Assembly (NCBI RefSeq): GCF_009914755.1
Contig: NC_060941.1
DNA: 64,000 nt
From: the human T2T-CHM13v2.0 reference genome, Homo sapiens
Strand: one strand, 5' to 3'
Positions 39,721 through 56,879 of this stretch are shown one piece after another. Positions within the stretch are counted from its first letter, which is position 1, and the number at the start of each line of letters is the position of its first letter. Made by a program: the position numbers and the translations under genes. Below the pieces are notes generated by a model. It worked only from the letters and a program-made list of their open reading frames with translations. It did no database searches and was not told where the DNA came from.

Positions 39721-40579
39721 TATAAGGATCAGGACTTTCTTCTATTGCTTTTTTTATTTTCCTGAGCTTTTAAATTTCTCTTTTTCTTAGTGACAGTAGA
39801 GTAACATGTCTTCACCACAACCTCAAATATATCTAGCTTCTCACTTGTGCTCTATGCTATCTGTTCTATGGGATTCCTTATTTTTCTTGGTGTCATCCGT
39901 CTGAAGCATTCTATGGGCCTGATGGACTAGGCTTCATCCTGGGACTTTTCATTGCAGCCCTAGGTTGGAGCCCCTATTTCCTGCATCCCATGCTGTCCAG
40001 GTCATGGTTTTCTCCCTTCTTTTGTACTTGTCTCAGGAAGTGTGTAGGAGGTAGCCCTCCTGACCTTTTTTTTTAAGTCTTTGTCTAGTACCTTCTGAGT
40101 TCTTGTATAAGAAAAAATCTCATTTCCTGAATTGTCTGTTTCCTCTCAGTTCACTAGGTCCTAAAATTTTCTTATTCATGCTACTGGGTTTTCTTACTTG
40201 TCAGATGGCTCTTGGTTGTCCATTTATATTTCAGGGCCGGATAATGATGATTTGAGGTAGCTAGTGTGCAGTGGTTATCTCTAAGGTTCTTCCCAATAAA
40301 TCCCATCAACTCCCTATTCTTTGATGTGGAGCCTGTACTGAGCCTATGTCAGTGACTGAATGTGGCTGCCCATGTATCGGATTAATAATTTTGTCTAACT
40401 GATAATGATAGGTTTTCTAATATTGATTTAATATATGGTGGTACATTGTAAGGTGGAAGTAAACTACCCGCACATCTTTTTGCTTACTCCATTCCTGAAG
40501 TAGGAATTCAGATGTTAATAAAGTGGTACTTTGAAAGTCAAGAGGGAATATTGAAAGGATGATTATAAATCAGTTCACA

Positions 40580-41241
<662 letters not shown>

Positions 41242-42434
41242 TATTAATTTACTTTTAAAGCTGGTCTTGAGTTCTTGCTGCCTAGTATGGAATAGGTTGA
41301 ATCAATTATGGTTTAATTCAGTAAATATCATTGAGTATCCACTATTGTGCAGGCATTGGGCTGAGACGGAAATAAGTAAGCCAGCCTAACAGGCAACACA
41401 AAGGTGTAAGCAAATGCATTGCCCTGTGGTAATAATATCAGTGAAAGCATGTGTGGGGTACAGAGGTAGCAAAGAATGCAAGAGATTTTAATGCTGTCCA
41501 GTTGAGGGCAAGAAAACCTCTCTGGAAAAGATGACAATTAGGTTTTAAGGATAAATAGTAGTTTTCCTATTTAGGGGAGCCACTCCAGGTAGAGAAAACC
41601 TGGAGTAGTTTTCCATGCCTGAAAGAGCCTGGTGTGTTAAGACAGTTTCGAACAGTACTGCCAGAATATAGAGTGGGATGCCTGGGGAGGGGGTGCTAGG
41701 AAGCAGTAGGCATGCCTCTAGAGTGGGCCTGACGATCAGTTGGGAGTTGTAGGTAGCCAGTCCAAATGTTAGTTAATTAAATCGCTTTTTTTCTCCTCTC
41801 TGAATGCCTTGGGAGAGAAGAACCAGGATGAGAGAGAGAGATCATTGAAGTTGGAGATTAGTGGGCTTTTGGAAGGAAGCTTTGGACTTAAAAGATGATT
41901 AACAGGAGGTTTTTAGAGATTTGATAATAGTAAATTATTGGGAATGTGGTGCCTGATTTTCTAGTAGGGTCACCTGGCATAAAATGTTCCAAGCAGATGT
42001 TTTGAAGCAGTTGTATACCTGGGAAGGGCAGCATGCATGCGGTAGCAGCATCTCTGACAATAAGCTTGTTTCTGTCTCCCGATTCGCAGAAGACCACGTG
42101 GCCTTAAACCAACTGCTGCAACTCTGTGTGCAGGATGATTCTGTGGGCCCAAGTCACCCAGCGCCTATGCTGCAACCAAAAGTGCCTCCTGTCGCTTTGT
42201 ATCAAAGGACCTTTGTCATGATCTCATTCACAATATTGGTGGTCCCTGAGAGTGGAGCAGTGGAGTGATTGACGTGCCTGAGTTTGAAGAGAGTTAACCA
42301 CTGGAATCTCTCATGTTTTATTCCCTCCAAAATGCTGCAGTTCAGTGTTGTCCCAGATTTTATGCTTGTGCTTAGATTTCTCTGTTCTCTAATTTGTTAA
42401 GTTTGTCTTTAATATTTCACAGGCTTTCTTGATC

Positions 42435-42520
42435 ATGGATGGTGAAGATATACCAGATTTTTCAAGTTTAAAGGAGGAAACTGCTTATTGGAAGGAACTT
42501 TCCTTGAAGTATAAGCAAAG
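42435..42520 (+). CDS. NDEL1: NDEL1 exon 2 coding part (exon 42423-42520), [28 protein letters not shown](S)
   Basis: Acceptor tttcacAG at 42421-42422, 12-nt UTR, ATG in strong context gatcATGG, donor AAG|gtaatg; 86 coding nt. Confidence 0.97.
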
Positions 42521-43217
42521 GTAATGTTGGAAAGCACACTAAAAGTAGGGGAGGGCATTTGGAATACACCGTGTCTTGTTTGTGCATTTTTCTTTTTAAC
42601 ATAAAGCTAAATTTAGAATTGCAGATTTAGGATTCTAGGATTGAGATTCTACAAACAGTCACCACATGGGTTGTATTTAAATAGTGTAAACATGCCATAA
42701 GTCTTTATATTGTTCAAATTATTAAAATAGTAGGAAAACTGTCATTTATGATTTCTTCTGATTGTTACCTCTTCTATGCTTTTTAGTAGGCGGGGCCATC
42801 TTTGGCCCGTTTTGCATGCACTGATTCTGCCTCATCATTTTGGTCATTTGGAGATTCTGATAAGCTGTCTGGGGCTCCATAGAACAGACTTTACGTTCTC
42901 CTCAGGCAAGCATGATCAGTGTCTGGAGCCAGCAAAGCTTTGAGGGAGGGGGAGAAGCTTCAGGGGCATGGAACGTTTTATAAAATTTCAGTTATTTGGT
43001 TGGGAGAACTTTCAGGCAACAACCTTTTAAGCAACAAAACTTGTCTCAAATTTCTTTTTTAAAAATGGGATCTTGCTAAATAAAATATTGATACATTTTC
43101 CTATTTTGGTTAACAGAGTTTACTAAGTCTTATCAAACCTTTTACTGCCCTTTCATTATTATCACCGAAGTCAGTTATTCTATTGTGCCAGTGGATATGA
43201 AAGGTGTGTATCTATGG

Positions 43218-43711
43218 CAGGGTTCTTAATCTTTTTCTGTGTCATAGATGTCTTAATGGGCTGGGGTAGCCTGTGGACTCCTCAGCATAATATTTTTAAA
43301 TGCATAGAATAATAGAATTACAAAGAAAATCAATTATATTGAAAAAAGTTATCTAAATATTAAACTAATTTATGGCATAGTAACATGTACTTCTCTATTA
43401 ATGCATTAAATAAAAAAAGATACAGAAGTGAATGTAATAACTACCTAATTTTGAAATAGTCATGAAAATAAATATATTTAGAGATACATGCAACGATTCT
43501 ATTGTGATGTGAAAATATGTGTGATTTCTGTTGAATATGGTAGAAGGAAATGCCAAATTTGTTACTTTAATGAAAGTAAAAATGCATTTTTCTCGCATCT
43601 GAGTTCTGTGGTGGAAGAAGCTAATGGTATTGAGCCACGTAGCCTTACTTTTCATATTGTAATCACTGACTTGTGGCTCCTTTTTGGGCTTGTCGTTTTC
43701 ATTGAACCCTG
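43218..43711. mobile_element. hAT-Charlie non-autonomous DNA transposon (Charlie4-like)
   Basis: Ends CAGGGTTC...GAACCCTG form inverted termini; ~500 bp AT-rich body. Confidence 0.55.
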
Positions 43712-43869
43712 AATATATACAGTAAGAGATGCAAAACAGATTGTCTTTAGTATATTTTATGAGAGCATTAGCATTCAAGCAAAAATTATCGAATTGCTCT
43801 ATAATCACCTCCAAGACAATCCTTGTGGTTCTTAGTGTAACTCGTCTTTCCCACTTTGTTTCTGATTAG

Positions 43870-44023
43870 CTTCCAGGAAGCTCGGGATGAGCTAGTTGAA
43901 TTCCAGGAAGGAAGCAGAGAATTAGAAGCAGAGTTGGAGGCACAATTAGTACAGGCTGAACAAAGAAATAGAGACTTGCAGGCTGATAACCAAAGACTGA
44001 AATATGAAGTGGAGGCATTAAAG
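43870..44023 (+). CDS. NDEL1: NDEL1 exon 3, [23 protein letters not shown]...EVEALK (N-terminal coiled coil)
   Basis: Acceptor gattAG, donor AAG|gtaatt; 154 nt, cumulative CDS 240; overlaps ORF 43856..44053. Confidence 0.98.
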
Positions 44024-44913
44024 GTAATTGCAGCAGTAGACGCTGGGGTCTAATGTGTTGAGTTTTATTAAAATGAGAAATATGTTTTTCAGGTGCTTAA
44101 GAGCAGCTGGCGACAAAAAATAGTTTGAAAAAAACGCTTAAAGTGAATTTTTGAATAAAATGTTTTCTTTCACGGAACCAGGGGAAAAGGTGGTTTAGAG
44201 TTTAGGAGTTCACTTAGAAACTTTGTAGTTGTCACTTTTCTAGCTATAATGTTCCTAGCTATATTATATTATAGTTCCTATAATTTTCAAAAGCTGCCTG
44301 ATTATTTGTTTTGACAGATAGGTTGCCTCATTCTGCAGTATGTTTACAATTATATTGATAGGGAATATGCATTTATTTCATTATTGTTCATAGCCCTTTC
44401 AGTTTTGGAGTTTAGTTAGGGTTAAAAATTTCCCTTCTAAAAAGGAATTTTCAGGAGCAAAAGGATTCACCCCTTTCTCTGCCCTTTACCATCTACTGTA
44501 GCCACATGCTTGAGGGTATTTAGTGTCTGGGGAGTGGGTGGGTTCTGGGAAGGTTGGATGGGCAGGTGAAAGGTAGGGAATGTGAACTCTGTGCTTACCC
44601 TGGGCCGCATTTAGCCTGAAAATCCAGAGGTTTCCTTAACAAGTTTGCGGATTTTGAGGCAAGGATTTTTTATATTAGTTCTTTTCAGAGAGATTGTTAT
44701 TGGGTTTCTTTCTGAGAGGAGAATGGTTGACAAAATTTAACATGAGTTTAGGCACTTAGAATGAATGTGTCATTTAGTTGTTTTTAAAGTAATTGTTACA
44801 AGAGTGTGGGTAAATTCCTTGGGTTCCCCCCCCACCCTTTTAACTTGAGTTACCTCTTTAGTAAAGAGAACTGTATATTAATGACATGTACTTTCCTATA
44901 CTGATGCCCTCAG

Positions 44914-45062
44914 GAGAAGCTAGAGCATCAATATGCACAGAGCTATAAGCAGGTCTCAGTGTTAGAAGATGATTTAAGTCAGACTCGGGCCATTAAGGAG
45001 CAGTTGCATAAGTATGTGAGAGAGCTGGAGCAGGCCAACGACGACCTGGAGCGAGCCAAAAG
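44914..45062 (+). CDS. NDEL1: NDEL1 exon 4, [13 protein letters not shown]...[13 protein letters not shown](R)
   Basis: Acceptor ccctcAG, donor AAG|gtaaac; 149 nt, cumulative 389; conserved NudE ELEQxNDDLER motif. Confidence 0.98.
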
Positions 45063-45143
45063 GTAAACGAATGACTGCATTTTGTTAGAAAAAAACCACC
45101 TTGGTAATTAGTGATTAAAATCTTTATTAGGCTCTTCCCCTAG

Positions 45144-45669
<526 letters not shown>

Positions 45670-46073
45670 TAACACTTCCATACTTCCTGTAGGTCCTCAT
45701 ATCTTATACCTGGATTCTGTAGTTATCCTCTAGCTGATATATCTTTATATTTCTGTTCCTTTTTATTCTCTTTTAATACTGACTGATGAATTTTCTTAAA
45801 ATGTTGATTTCAGTTCAAATTTCTGAACAACGTGCAGTGGCTTGCTATCACTGTTGCCAAACTTTTATGCATCTGTAATTAGTTGTTTCTTAACCATTCC
45901 AAACTTAATTCCTATTACTTTATAATTGTTTCCTGGTATTTCCTTCCTTAATATTTATCCAGTGAGTCTTAAGTGACTGACATGATGCTAAACTTACAGA
46001 TGCGGAGCTAGTCTGGTCACTACCCTTGGGGGTGACAGATATGTACATTCACTATGTTAATACCCTAGTAAAA

Positions 46074-46337
46074 AAAAGTGGGCAAGCTGCTGCTCCAGGG
46101 CATAGAGGAGGCAGCAGCCAGATTGGTTGCGGGGAGGTGGGCGGGGGGGGGGCAGTGGGGGAACCAATCAGAGGCTGAAGTGAAGTTACAAAGTGACACC
46201 CTATGCAAATGTCTGAGTGGTTGCAGAAAGCAAAGGGAATAGCTTCTGGTCCTTTTCTTACTTAGGTGTGGAAAGTTCCGGTTTTCCTTTTGATTTAGTT
46301 CTAGGAAGTCAGTGTGAATTGGCCTTAGGTTCCCTGA
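46074..46337 (-). mobile_element. ERV1 LTR fragment (MER51-like)
   Basis: Reverse complement of MER51-type 5' end (gggaacctaaggcc...gacttcctagaactaaatcaaaaggaaaacc), paired CCAAT boxes, ATGCAAAT. Confidence 0.7.
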
Positions 46338-46638
46338 CTTGGGACTTAATGTTTTAAACAAACTCTTACATATATTACAAGTTTTGAAAAGTTTTCTTTC
46401 TGAAAATGTGTAAACTTGATTGTATTGTGTTCAAAACACAGTGGAGATATAAATAGTGTAACAAATAGCCTTTCTGTAGGGAACATTAAGGAATAGATGG
46501 GAATTTAAAAGAATGTATTGTATATATTGCCCAACTGATAGAGACACTACGTGCCAGCAGTGGTCAGGAAGGGGCAAGATCATCTTCTTTGATTGGGGCC
46601 AGGCTGGCTAGGTCAGGAAATGTCACGAGATAAACTGA

Positions 46639-47587
<949 letters not shown>

Positions 47588-47589
47588 TT

Positions 47590-48070
47590 CTTAATCATTT
47601 TAAAGTGTACAGTCCAGTAGTGTTAAGTATAGTCAAATTGTTGTGTAAACAAATTTTTAGAACTTTTTCATCTTGCAAAACTGAAACTATACCTATTGAA
47701 TAGTGACTACCCATTTTCCCTTCCCTTCAGCCCCTGGCAACCACAGTTCTACTTTCTATGAGTTCAGCTACTTTAGATACCTCATATAAGGGAGATTATA
47801 CAGTATTTGTGACTGGTTTATTGCATTTAGCATAATGTCCTCAAGGTTTATCCATGTGTAGTATGTGACAAAATTTCCTTCTTTTTTAAGGCTGAATGAT
47901 ACTCCATTGTATGTATTCATTTTCTTTATCTGTTCATCTGTGGATGGACATCGAGTTGCTCCCATCTCTTGCTATTGCGAATGATACCGCTGTGAACATG
48001 GGTGTCCAAATATCTCTTTGAGATCCTGTTTTGAATTCTTTTGGATACATACCCAAAAGGGGGATGACTT
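47590..48070 (-). mobile_element. L1MB-like 3' fragment
   Basis: aaactgaaactatacc..ccctggcaaccac..tagcataatgtcctcaaggtttatccatg..atacccaaaag. Confidence 0.8.
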
Positions 48071-48147
48071 TGTTCCTTTTTTAACACAAGCAAATATTCT
48101 GTAAGTTAAATTGCATAATTGGAAAAGATAACATTAATTTTGGGTTA

Positions 48148-48615
<468 letters not shown>

Positions 48616-48940
48616 TCATTTGAAAATAAAAGCAAATAAGTTGGTGAAGAATATTTACTTTTGTGTGAATTGTACTGTGGACTCTGCACTGTTTCTTTTT
48701 GCATATAAGCATAAGTAACTTCTCTCAGGTTATAGCATTTTTAAATTCTAAAAGATCATTTAGACAGTAGTTTTGCCATTTTTATTCCCCTAGAAATGAA
48801 AGTTATACTTAAATAGGAAATTCATTTTTGAGAAATAGTAATTTAGGAAGAAGACCTTTATGACATTTTAGATGTCACTTTGCTTGATATATTTGCTCCC
48901 TCTAGTGAGTATTCCTGCCCTTGTTTGCAATATTTTACAG

Positions 48941-49114
48941 ATTTAAGGCAAGAACTAGCAGTTCGGGAAAGACAACAGGAAGTAACTAGAAAGTCGGCTC
49001 CTAGCTCTCCAACTCTAGACTGTGAAAAGATGGACTCCGCCGTCCAAGCATCACTTTCTTTGCCAGCTACCCCTGTTGGCAAAGGAACGGAGAACACTTT
49101 TCCTTCACCGAAAG
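48941..49114 (+). CDS. NDEL1: NDEL1 exon 6, [12 protein letters not shown]...ENTFPSPK (contains S198, T219, S231 proline-directed phosphosites)
   Basis: Acceptor ttttacAG, donor AAG|gtttgt; 174 nt, cumulative 700; overlaps ORF 48880..49122. Confidence 0.98.
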
Positions 49115-50029
49115 GTTTGTAATGTCTTTTCTTTTTGAGGCGATGTGTTAGATGATCAGCTTACGGGGGTTTGTTGCTGAAGGCGGTTGCTAAGGTTTAA
49201 AGAGTAATTTTAGTTTAAAAGTTGGTGAAGTCTAGTGCTATGTGAAATAGAAGAAGGAATTGTTTTCCTAGGCCACTAATATATAGGAAACAGTGAAATG
49301 ATGGTTACATTTAAGATGAGATTTTTAAAAGTTAAAGGTTTTTAAGGAAAGTTTATTTTTTGATGATAGCAATAGATTTTGTGATTACAGCCGTATGTTT
49401 AGGTAGAAAATTTTAAAAACACAGAAAAAGAAAATAAAAATCATGTTATCTTACCACTTACAGGCACCCACCATTAACATTTTGAGTTTTTTTTTCTATT
49501 GTGTGCTTGTGTGTGTTTGTGCACATCTCTTTGTCACATGCAAATTTGGGGATCATATTTAAACACAGTTTTATTTCTTCCTTTTGCCACTTTCCATATC
49601 ATGGGAGACCTGAGGCCTTTCTACATAGAATGTACAGAGAATCATTAAGTTATCTTTCAGACTCATGTAAGACCGACTTGGATGGACATGCCCATTCTGT
49701 TACATGCTTCAGGAGCTGCCATTTTCAAAAGCATTGTTCGGAGTAATTGATGATTGGCACATACAGAATACTCACATTGCCATGAACCAGTGTGTTTTTT
49801 TAAAATCCGGATAAGCAGAAAAACCACCTAGTAGCCACTAGATAGAACCTTAAAATGGAATCTTAAAGCTCTCAATTGAGATTTGTTTAGATTTTGCAGC
49901 TCGTAGTTCATATTTCTGCTACTCTCATCCCCCCTTGCTTTTTTTTTCCACCCTATATTGAAGCTGTCATCCCACCCTTTTTAAAATATAGGGTTTTATC
50001 TTTTAGAATGCTATGTGGGCAACTAGTAC

Positions 50030-50165
50030 AGTGAGCTCTCTCTGTCTGCGCTACTCAATAGTCACCAGCCCATGTGGCTATTTAAATTTATATTAAAATG
50101 AAATAAAATATAAAATTCAGTTTCTTTGTCACATTAACCACATTTCAAGTGCTCAGTAACCCTTG
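50030..50165. mobile_element. MER3-like hAT MITE fragment
   Basis: catgtggctatttaaattta..attaaaatgaaataaaat..aaaattcagtt..gtcacat..ccacatttcaagtgctca. Confidence 0.65.
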
Positions 50166-50675
50166 AGTAGGTAATTCAACTTGTCTTTGCCTTGTTACGA
50201 GATGATATCAGATAAGGTATGTGAAGGTGCTGTATGGTTGTAAGGTGTTACTAATTGCGCTAGGTTTACTGCTGAGGACAAAGGGCAGGCAATAGATTAT
50301 TAGCAGTCATCAGGAGCCCTCACGGTCAGTTTTTCAGAAGAGCTGCTTGTATATTTGAAGATTTCACAATTACACCTGAGGACTAACAAAGTTTTACTTT
50401 TATGTTACTGATTAGAATTATGCAGATCTGAAAATCCTTTAATTGAAGACGAATCAGAATAGTGAAAAGCCGCAGGTGCGGTGACACCCACAGGTGGTGC
50501 ACATTTTTTTTTAATAGCCCGTTAGAGTTTTCATTCAGGGACTTGGGGAGTCAAAAGGACATGGAGCCTGCTGTGGCACGGCATGAGGTGTGCCAACCCT
50601 ATGGCAGTAATATTTGCTTAATAGATATGTTTTTAGGCTGGAACCAATAGCATGAATTTTCACTGGCTAACCTAA

Positions 50676-51201
<526 letters not shown>

Positions 51202-51749
51202 TACAATGTTTGTTTCTAAAAAGCATTTAAAGCAACTTACCATAAAAGCACAGATTTAATAACACCTAAAATGTAAAACTTGAATAGGGAAAAATGAGAT
51301 CTAGAAATCCCTGCCAAGAACAGTACAGCGGTTTTTTATATCACGTTGAGCGCCTGTTATGTGTCATGTGTTATTCTGGATGCTGGGAGCACAGTGGTAA
51401 GACAAAGCCCCTACCTTCAATGAGATTATATTCTTGAGGAGAAGAAGGATAATAAACAACAAAAAAGCCACACAAGTATTTTCGTTGCTGATTAGCACTC
51501 TGTGGAAAACAAACATAAAAAATAATAGCTAACCTTTATTGAGTACTTACTACGTGCATTTTTAAAGTACATTAATTTAAACTTCACAACATCTTTATGA
51601 TGAGGTAGTTGTTATTTGCCCCCTCTTACATATGGGTCACTTACCCAGTGGCTGAACTGGATTTGAATACAGTAGTTCAGCTCAAGAGCCGTTAATCATG
51701 ATGTCATATTATCTCTTAAAAATTAAGAAATGTGCACGACTGAAAACCT

Positions 51750-52830
51750 TACTGAGTGTGGAAGAAGATATGGGTAAATATCATGGTAAATACTATGATT
51801 CTGAATGGGAAGACTTAATTTTCTTACAATATCCATTCTCCCCAAGTCAATCTGTAATTTCAACTTCTAATAAAAATCCTAATAGGATTTAAAAAATTGA
51901 TATGTTGATATTAAAATTATTTTGGAATAGTAAATGTGCAAGAACAGCTGAGAAAAATTTGAAATGGGCTAATAACAAGAGGGATCTTTGCCTTTTGAGA
52001 TCTCAAAATGTATTTTAACATTATAATAAAGTAGCATACTTCTGATAGAATAGGCTAATAGTTCAATGGAACTGAAATATATTCATATATTTAGGGAATT
52101 TAGTTTATAGTTATAGTGCTATTTCAGATGAGATGAGTTTTCCCTAAATGATACTAGGACAATTGGCTCTCCATTTGGAGGAAAAAATTTAGATATGTAT
52201 CTTATAGACAACTATAATTTCTAGGTGAATTAAATGATCTAAATGTAAAAAAATTAGAAAAATACTAGGAGAAAGTATGGGAAACATTATGACATTAAGA
52301 TGGAAAAGCCAAAGGTTCTCCTACCGAAACACAGTGTTTACAAGATGAATGTCACGCTGAGAGATAGAACATCTATAAGAGAAAGGGTGAACATCCAGAA
52401 TGTATAGAGTTCTTACAAATTGATTACAGGAAAGACAAACCAGTAGAGAAATGTACAAAGACTAAACAGCTGATTTTCAGAAGAGATTCAAATGACTAGT
52501 TACTATGGAAATAGAAACTAAAAAACGTGACTATCAAATTGTCAAAAAAAAAAAAGATAATATCTAATATTATCAAGGGCACCACCGCATAGATTGCTGA
52601 TATTAGCACAGGCTTTTTAGAGAGCATTTTGGCAGTGTCTGTTAAGGTGAAAAAAATGGGCATATGTTCTGACCCAGCAGTTCTATTTTTAGGAATCTCT
52701 TTTCCAGAAATACTTGTCTAGATGTTTAAGAGTATATGTCCTTGTAGCATTATTTATAATGGCGAAAAATTTGATATAATGTAAATATCCACCAATTGGA
52801 CAGTGGTTTAGCCTATTTATGGTATCTATA
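51750..52830 (+). mobile_element. Old L1ME-like ORF2/3' remnant
   Basis: A-rich degenerate L1 sequence (gaatgggaagacttaat..tgacccagcagttcta..gcattatttataatggcgaaaaa). Confidence 0.6.
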
Positions 52831-52958
52831 CTTTATCCATAGTTTGAAGTAGTTTGTTGATATTGTATTGAGTGTTACACTACTTTGTAACATCAACAAC
52901 AAAACCCAAATGTAAAGGGAACTGCAAGTGTAATCACTCAGCTTTTATTTTTCTCTAG

Positions 52959-53050
52959 CTATACCAAATGGTTTTGGTACCAGTCCACTAACTCCCTCTG
53001 CTAGGATATCAGCACTAAACATCGTGGGGGATCTCTTACGGAAAGTAGGG
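52959..53050 (+). CDS. NDEL1: NDEL1 exon 7, [31 protein letters not shown]
   Basis: Acceptor ttctctAG, donor GGG|gtaagt; 92 nt, cumulative 792. Confidence 0.98.
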
Positions 53051-53569
53051 GTAAGTTTCAATTATTTATCACTAGGTGTTTCCACTGACAAGGTATTGAA
53101 TTATTTCTTAATTTGAAGTGAGGGAAGAAAGAAAGGATACTTTCCTGTGGTAAAGGCTGTCATGAAGCTCAGAAGCAAAAGCATCCATTGACTAGCCAAG
53201 TCCAGATGACACTTCATGATGCCCCTGCAGAAGAGCCTGTACCTTGAACTCTGAGGTTCCCACCGGGGCATTCTTCCTGTTCCCCACTCCTGTTTCAACA
53301 GCACGATGCCTCTGTCCTTGTCTAGAATACTTTGTCTAAGGCCTGCTGTGTGTCTTCTACCACCCTCATCCTGGTCTTTGCTGCTGTCTACCGTCTTCCT
53401 GGTCATTCCTTTGTTTTGTGTTTGTGGGACTTTAACATTTGGCTCATGGCATTACTCTCTACTTTTAGTCTTGCCCACCTTATTTCCTTGGCCACCTCAA
53501 CTTCAGTGCCTTCTCCTTGGTGTGAGCCTTGTATTCCAGAACAGTTTCGCTTCTGAAATATTAAACCCA

Positions 53570-53893
<324 letters not shown>

Positions 53894-54622
53894 TCAGTGT
53901 GTTACTGTGTACCATACCTACTCTTTAACCTCATCAAGAGTATTACCCCATTTTTTAGTGTGTTTGTTTTTATCAGCCATCTCTTGCTTTCACTTCCTTT
54001 CTATTCATCTGTGATCTCACACATCTCTTACTCTGTCACTGTTGACTTCATGGTCTCTCTGGCCACAAAGGAGATCTGCAGTCTGAATTACTGGAAACAG
54101 TTGCAGAACCATGTGGATTTATGCCACTATCAAGTCAGCATTTCTAGCATTAGCTCCCATTACTATTTCCCTTAGTGAGTTTTACCTCTCCTTTCAGTAA
54201 TCAACCATTGCCATTTCCCACTATCTACTACCCCCTTCACTTATTTTCGTGTGTGACACTTTCTAAAAAATGTAGAAATTGCATTATACTTTATCTAAAG
54301 CAGATATGGGAGGCCAAGACACAGGTCCTATGTTTGCCTGTTTCAGCTCATCATAGGGGTTATTTTCTAACCATCAGATTAAACCTGCATTTTTAAGGTT
54401 AAAATACAAAGTAAAGTGCACAGGTCGTTCCTACAGTACATAGAGTAATCTTTCTTCACTCCCAAGATAACCATTTTAAAATCCTCTATGTTGGAGTATT
54501 TGTCTTTATAACTTGAAATCATGTGCTTATTTTTCTGTTTATCTTGATTTACTCAACTTTAAGCAAAGATATTTTTATTTTTATTTTTTGTTCTTTTAAA
54601 AAAATTACTTTAACATTCTTGA

Positions 54623-54958
<336 letters not shown>

Positions 54959-55699
54959 AGTATTAGACTATATCTTAACTCGCTGTTCTCTCCCTTTCTT
55001 CCCCACCACACTCCCACTCCGCTTTCCTTTTCTGAGCCCTCTACTAGCTGTGTGAGCTCTCTGTTGGTTGGTTCTAAAAATGGAAAAGTAGTCAAACAGC
55101 ATTTGTAACAATGCACATATATGTGTTATTTACTGTGTAATCACAGAGGAGATGCTGGACTTTCAGATGGGTCTTTATATTTGTGCCATTCAACAAATGT
55201 GTTTTGAGAATTTTGTTCTTTAACTGTAATTTACTCAAAATCATACTGGGTTTTTAAATATTTCGTATTGTAGCTGACTGTACGCTGCTTTCTTTTCCTA
55301 GCATTTCTGTTTCCCCTTCTTTCTTTTGAGTAGAAGAAACCTACACCTTTCTTTGCTCTCGGATCTTCTAGCTTCTTCTTCACACTCTTTGTGGGATGCC
55401 CTGATGGGCTTCGAGGGCTGCTGCATTGTTGTCGCCCTCGAATTTCTCTCCATTTTACTCTTGGGTTAGTTCTGCCTGTTCCTCACCCCATGTTGTTGTC
55501 TGTCTTTGTTCCTTGTTTGTTTTGCTTTAGTACTTTAATTTATTCAGAAGTGGTGCATGAAAGTTTAATTTGGCATCCTTGTATGGTTTACACATTCAGC
55601 TGACAATCCGTCTTCTAAGAGTTATCAAAATAACGACCTCCAAAAGTCATCAACACTTTGGGTCTGCTGGTGTCCACCAGCCCTTGTTGGCTTTTATGA

Positions 55700-56670
55700 A
55701 TATTTCATTTATGCCTCTTTACACGACTTTGTCCACTGACTTGAACTGGAAGCCCTTCTCCACTCTTGCATGCCTTCACAGAGAAAATCAAGGCCATTTG
55801 TTTTAAGCTTCTTTGATTTCTTTTCTCATCTTTTGTTATTACTCTCCTATTATTACCTCTATTTGTAGCCATTCCTCCTTTTTGTCCCAGTGGTAAAAGT
55901 GCAAATTCCTGTCCGTGGCTAATTTTGTCCATCTGTGCTTTGGATCTCATTTCTTCCAACCCTTAAATCTTTATTTCTCCTGTATTTCGCCTTTTACTAT
56001 ATATGCGTTAATATTTATGTATAATGTTTATGTATTACACATTATATGTTATGTGTTATACAGGTATACTTTGATATTTCTGTATTACATGTTATCCATA
56101 TAAATATATGTAATACTTATGTGGTACATATTACATACTTTAAAGCTTCTTGAAAGCGTGTCCCCATTTATTGTTAGCATTTTGACTGCATGCACACGCC
56201 CCAGACACTTTAGCCTGGGCTCTGTCCCCTGCTCATGCCGCTAAAACTGCTCACTGGTGATCTCAGTGCTGTCAAATCCTGTGGATGCCGTTCTGTCCTA
56301 ATTTTACTTGAAGCATTCAACACTGACCGTTTTTTTTTTTTAATGCCCTCTTTTCTCTCCTTCTCTGATGCTGTTTCATGGCTGCTCCCAACTTTCTTTC
56401 CATTCCTCTTAGTCATCTTGTTGGGTCTTCATCTGCTCACCCTTTCGATATTGGTTTTACTCAGAGTTCTGTCCTTGATTTTCTGATCTTAATCACAGCC
56501 ATAGTTTCATCCACCCCTGGGTGTGGATGTCTTTCAAATCTTAATCTCTAGACCACCCTTTCCCCCCTCAAAAGACCTGGTGCTCGTGCTTGGATGTCTC
56601 ACTGATGTCTCAGACATAAGTTGTGCCTGCCGTGTGATAGATACTCAATATGGATTTGAATGAATGCGTG
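55700..56670. mobile_element. L2 LINE remnant
   Basis: gctgtcaaatcc..cagcattcaacactgacc, cttggatgtctc..ctcagac, atactcaata..tgaatgaatg 3' end. Confidence 0.55.
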
Positions 56671-56707
56671 TCTTGAATATAGGAATTGAATGGCTCTCAA
56701 TTTCTAC

Positions 56708-56728
56708 TGTGTGTGTGTGTGTGTGTGT
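56708..56728 (+). repeat. (TG)n microsatellite
   Basis: Direct observation. Confidence 0.9.
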
Positions 56729-56879
56729 AGCTTTAATAAGCTGCTGAATTATTGCTGAATTATGCTTATTCAGAGTTTGTTTTACAAGGTCATTACCTCT
56801 CTTCCTTTTTTCTGTTGTCATTTTAGTAGGTCATTGTACTTTTGTCATAGGAAAGAAGGAGAAGAAAAAAGTTTGTCTG

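Noticed and set aside
43870-43876. Competing acceptor cttccAG 7 nt inside exon 3
   Set aside because: Would frameshift; the first AG gives the correct protein, so at most splicing noise.
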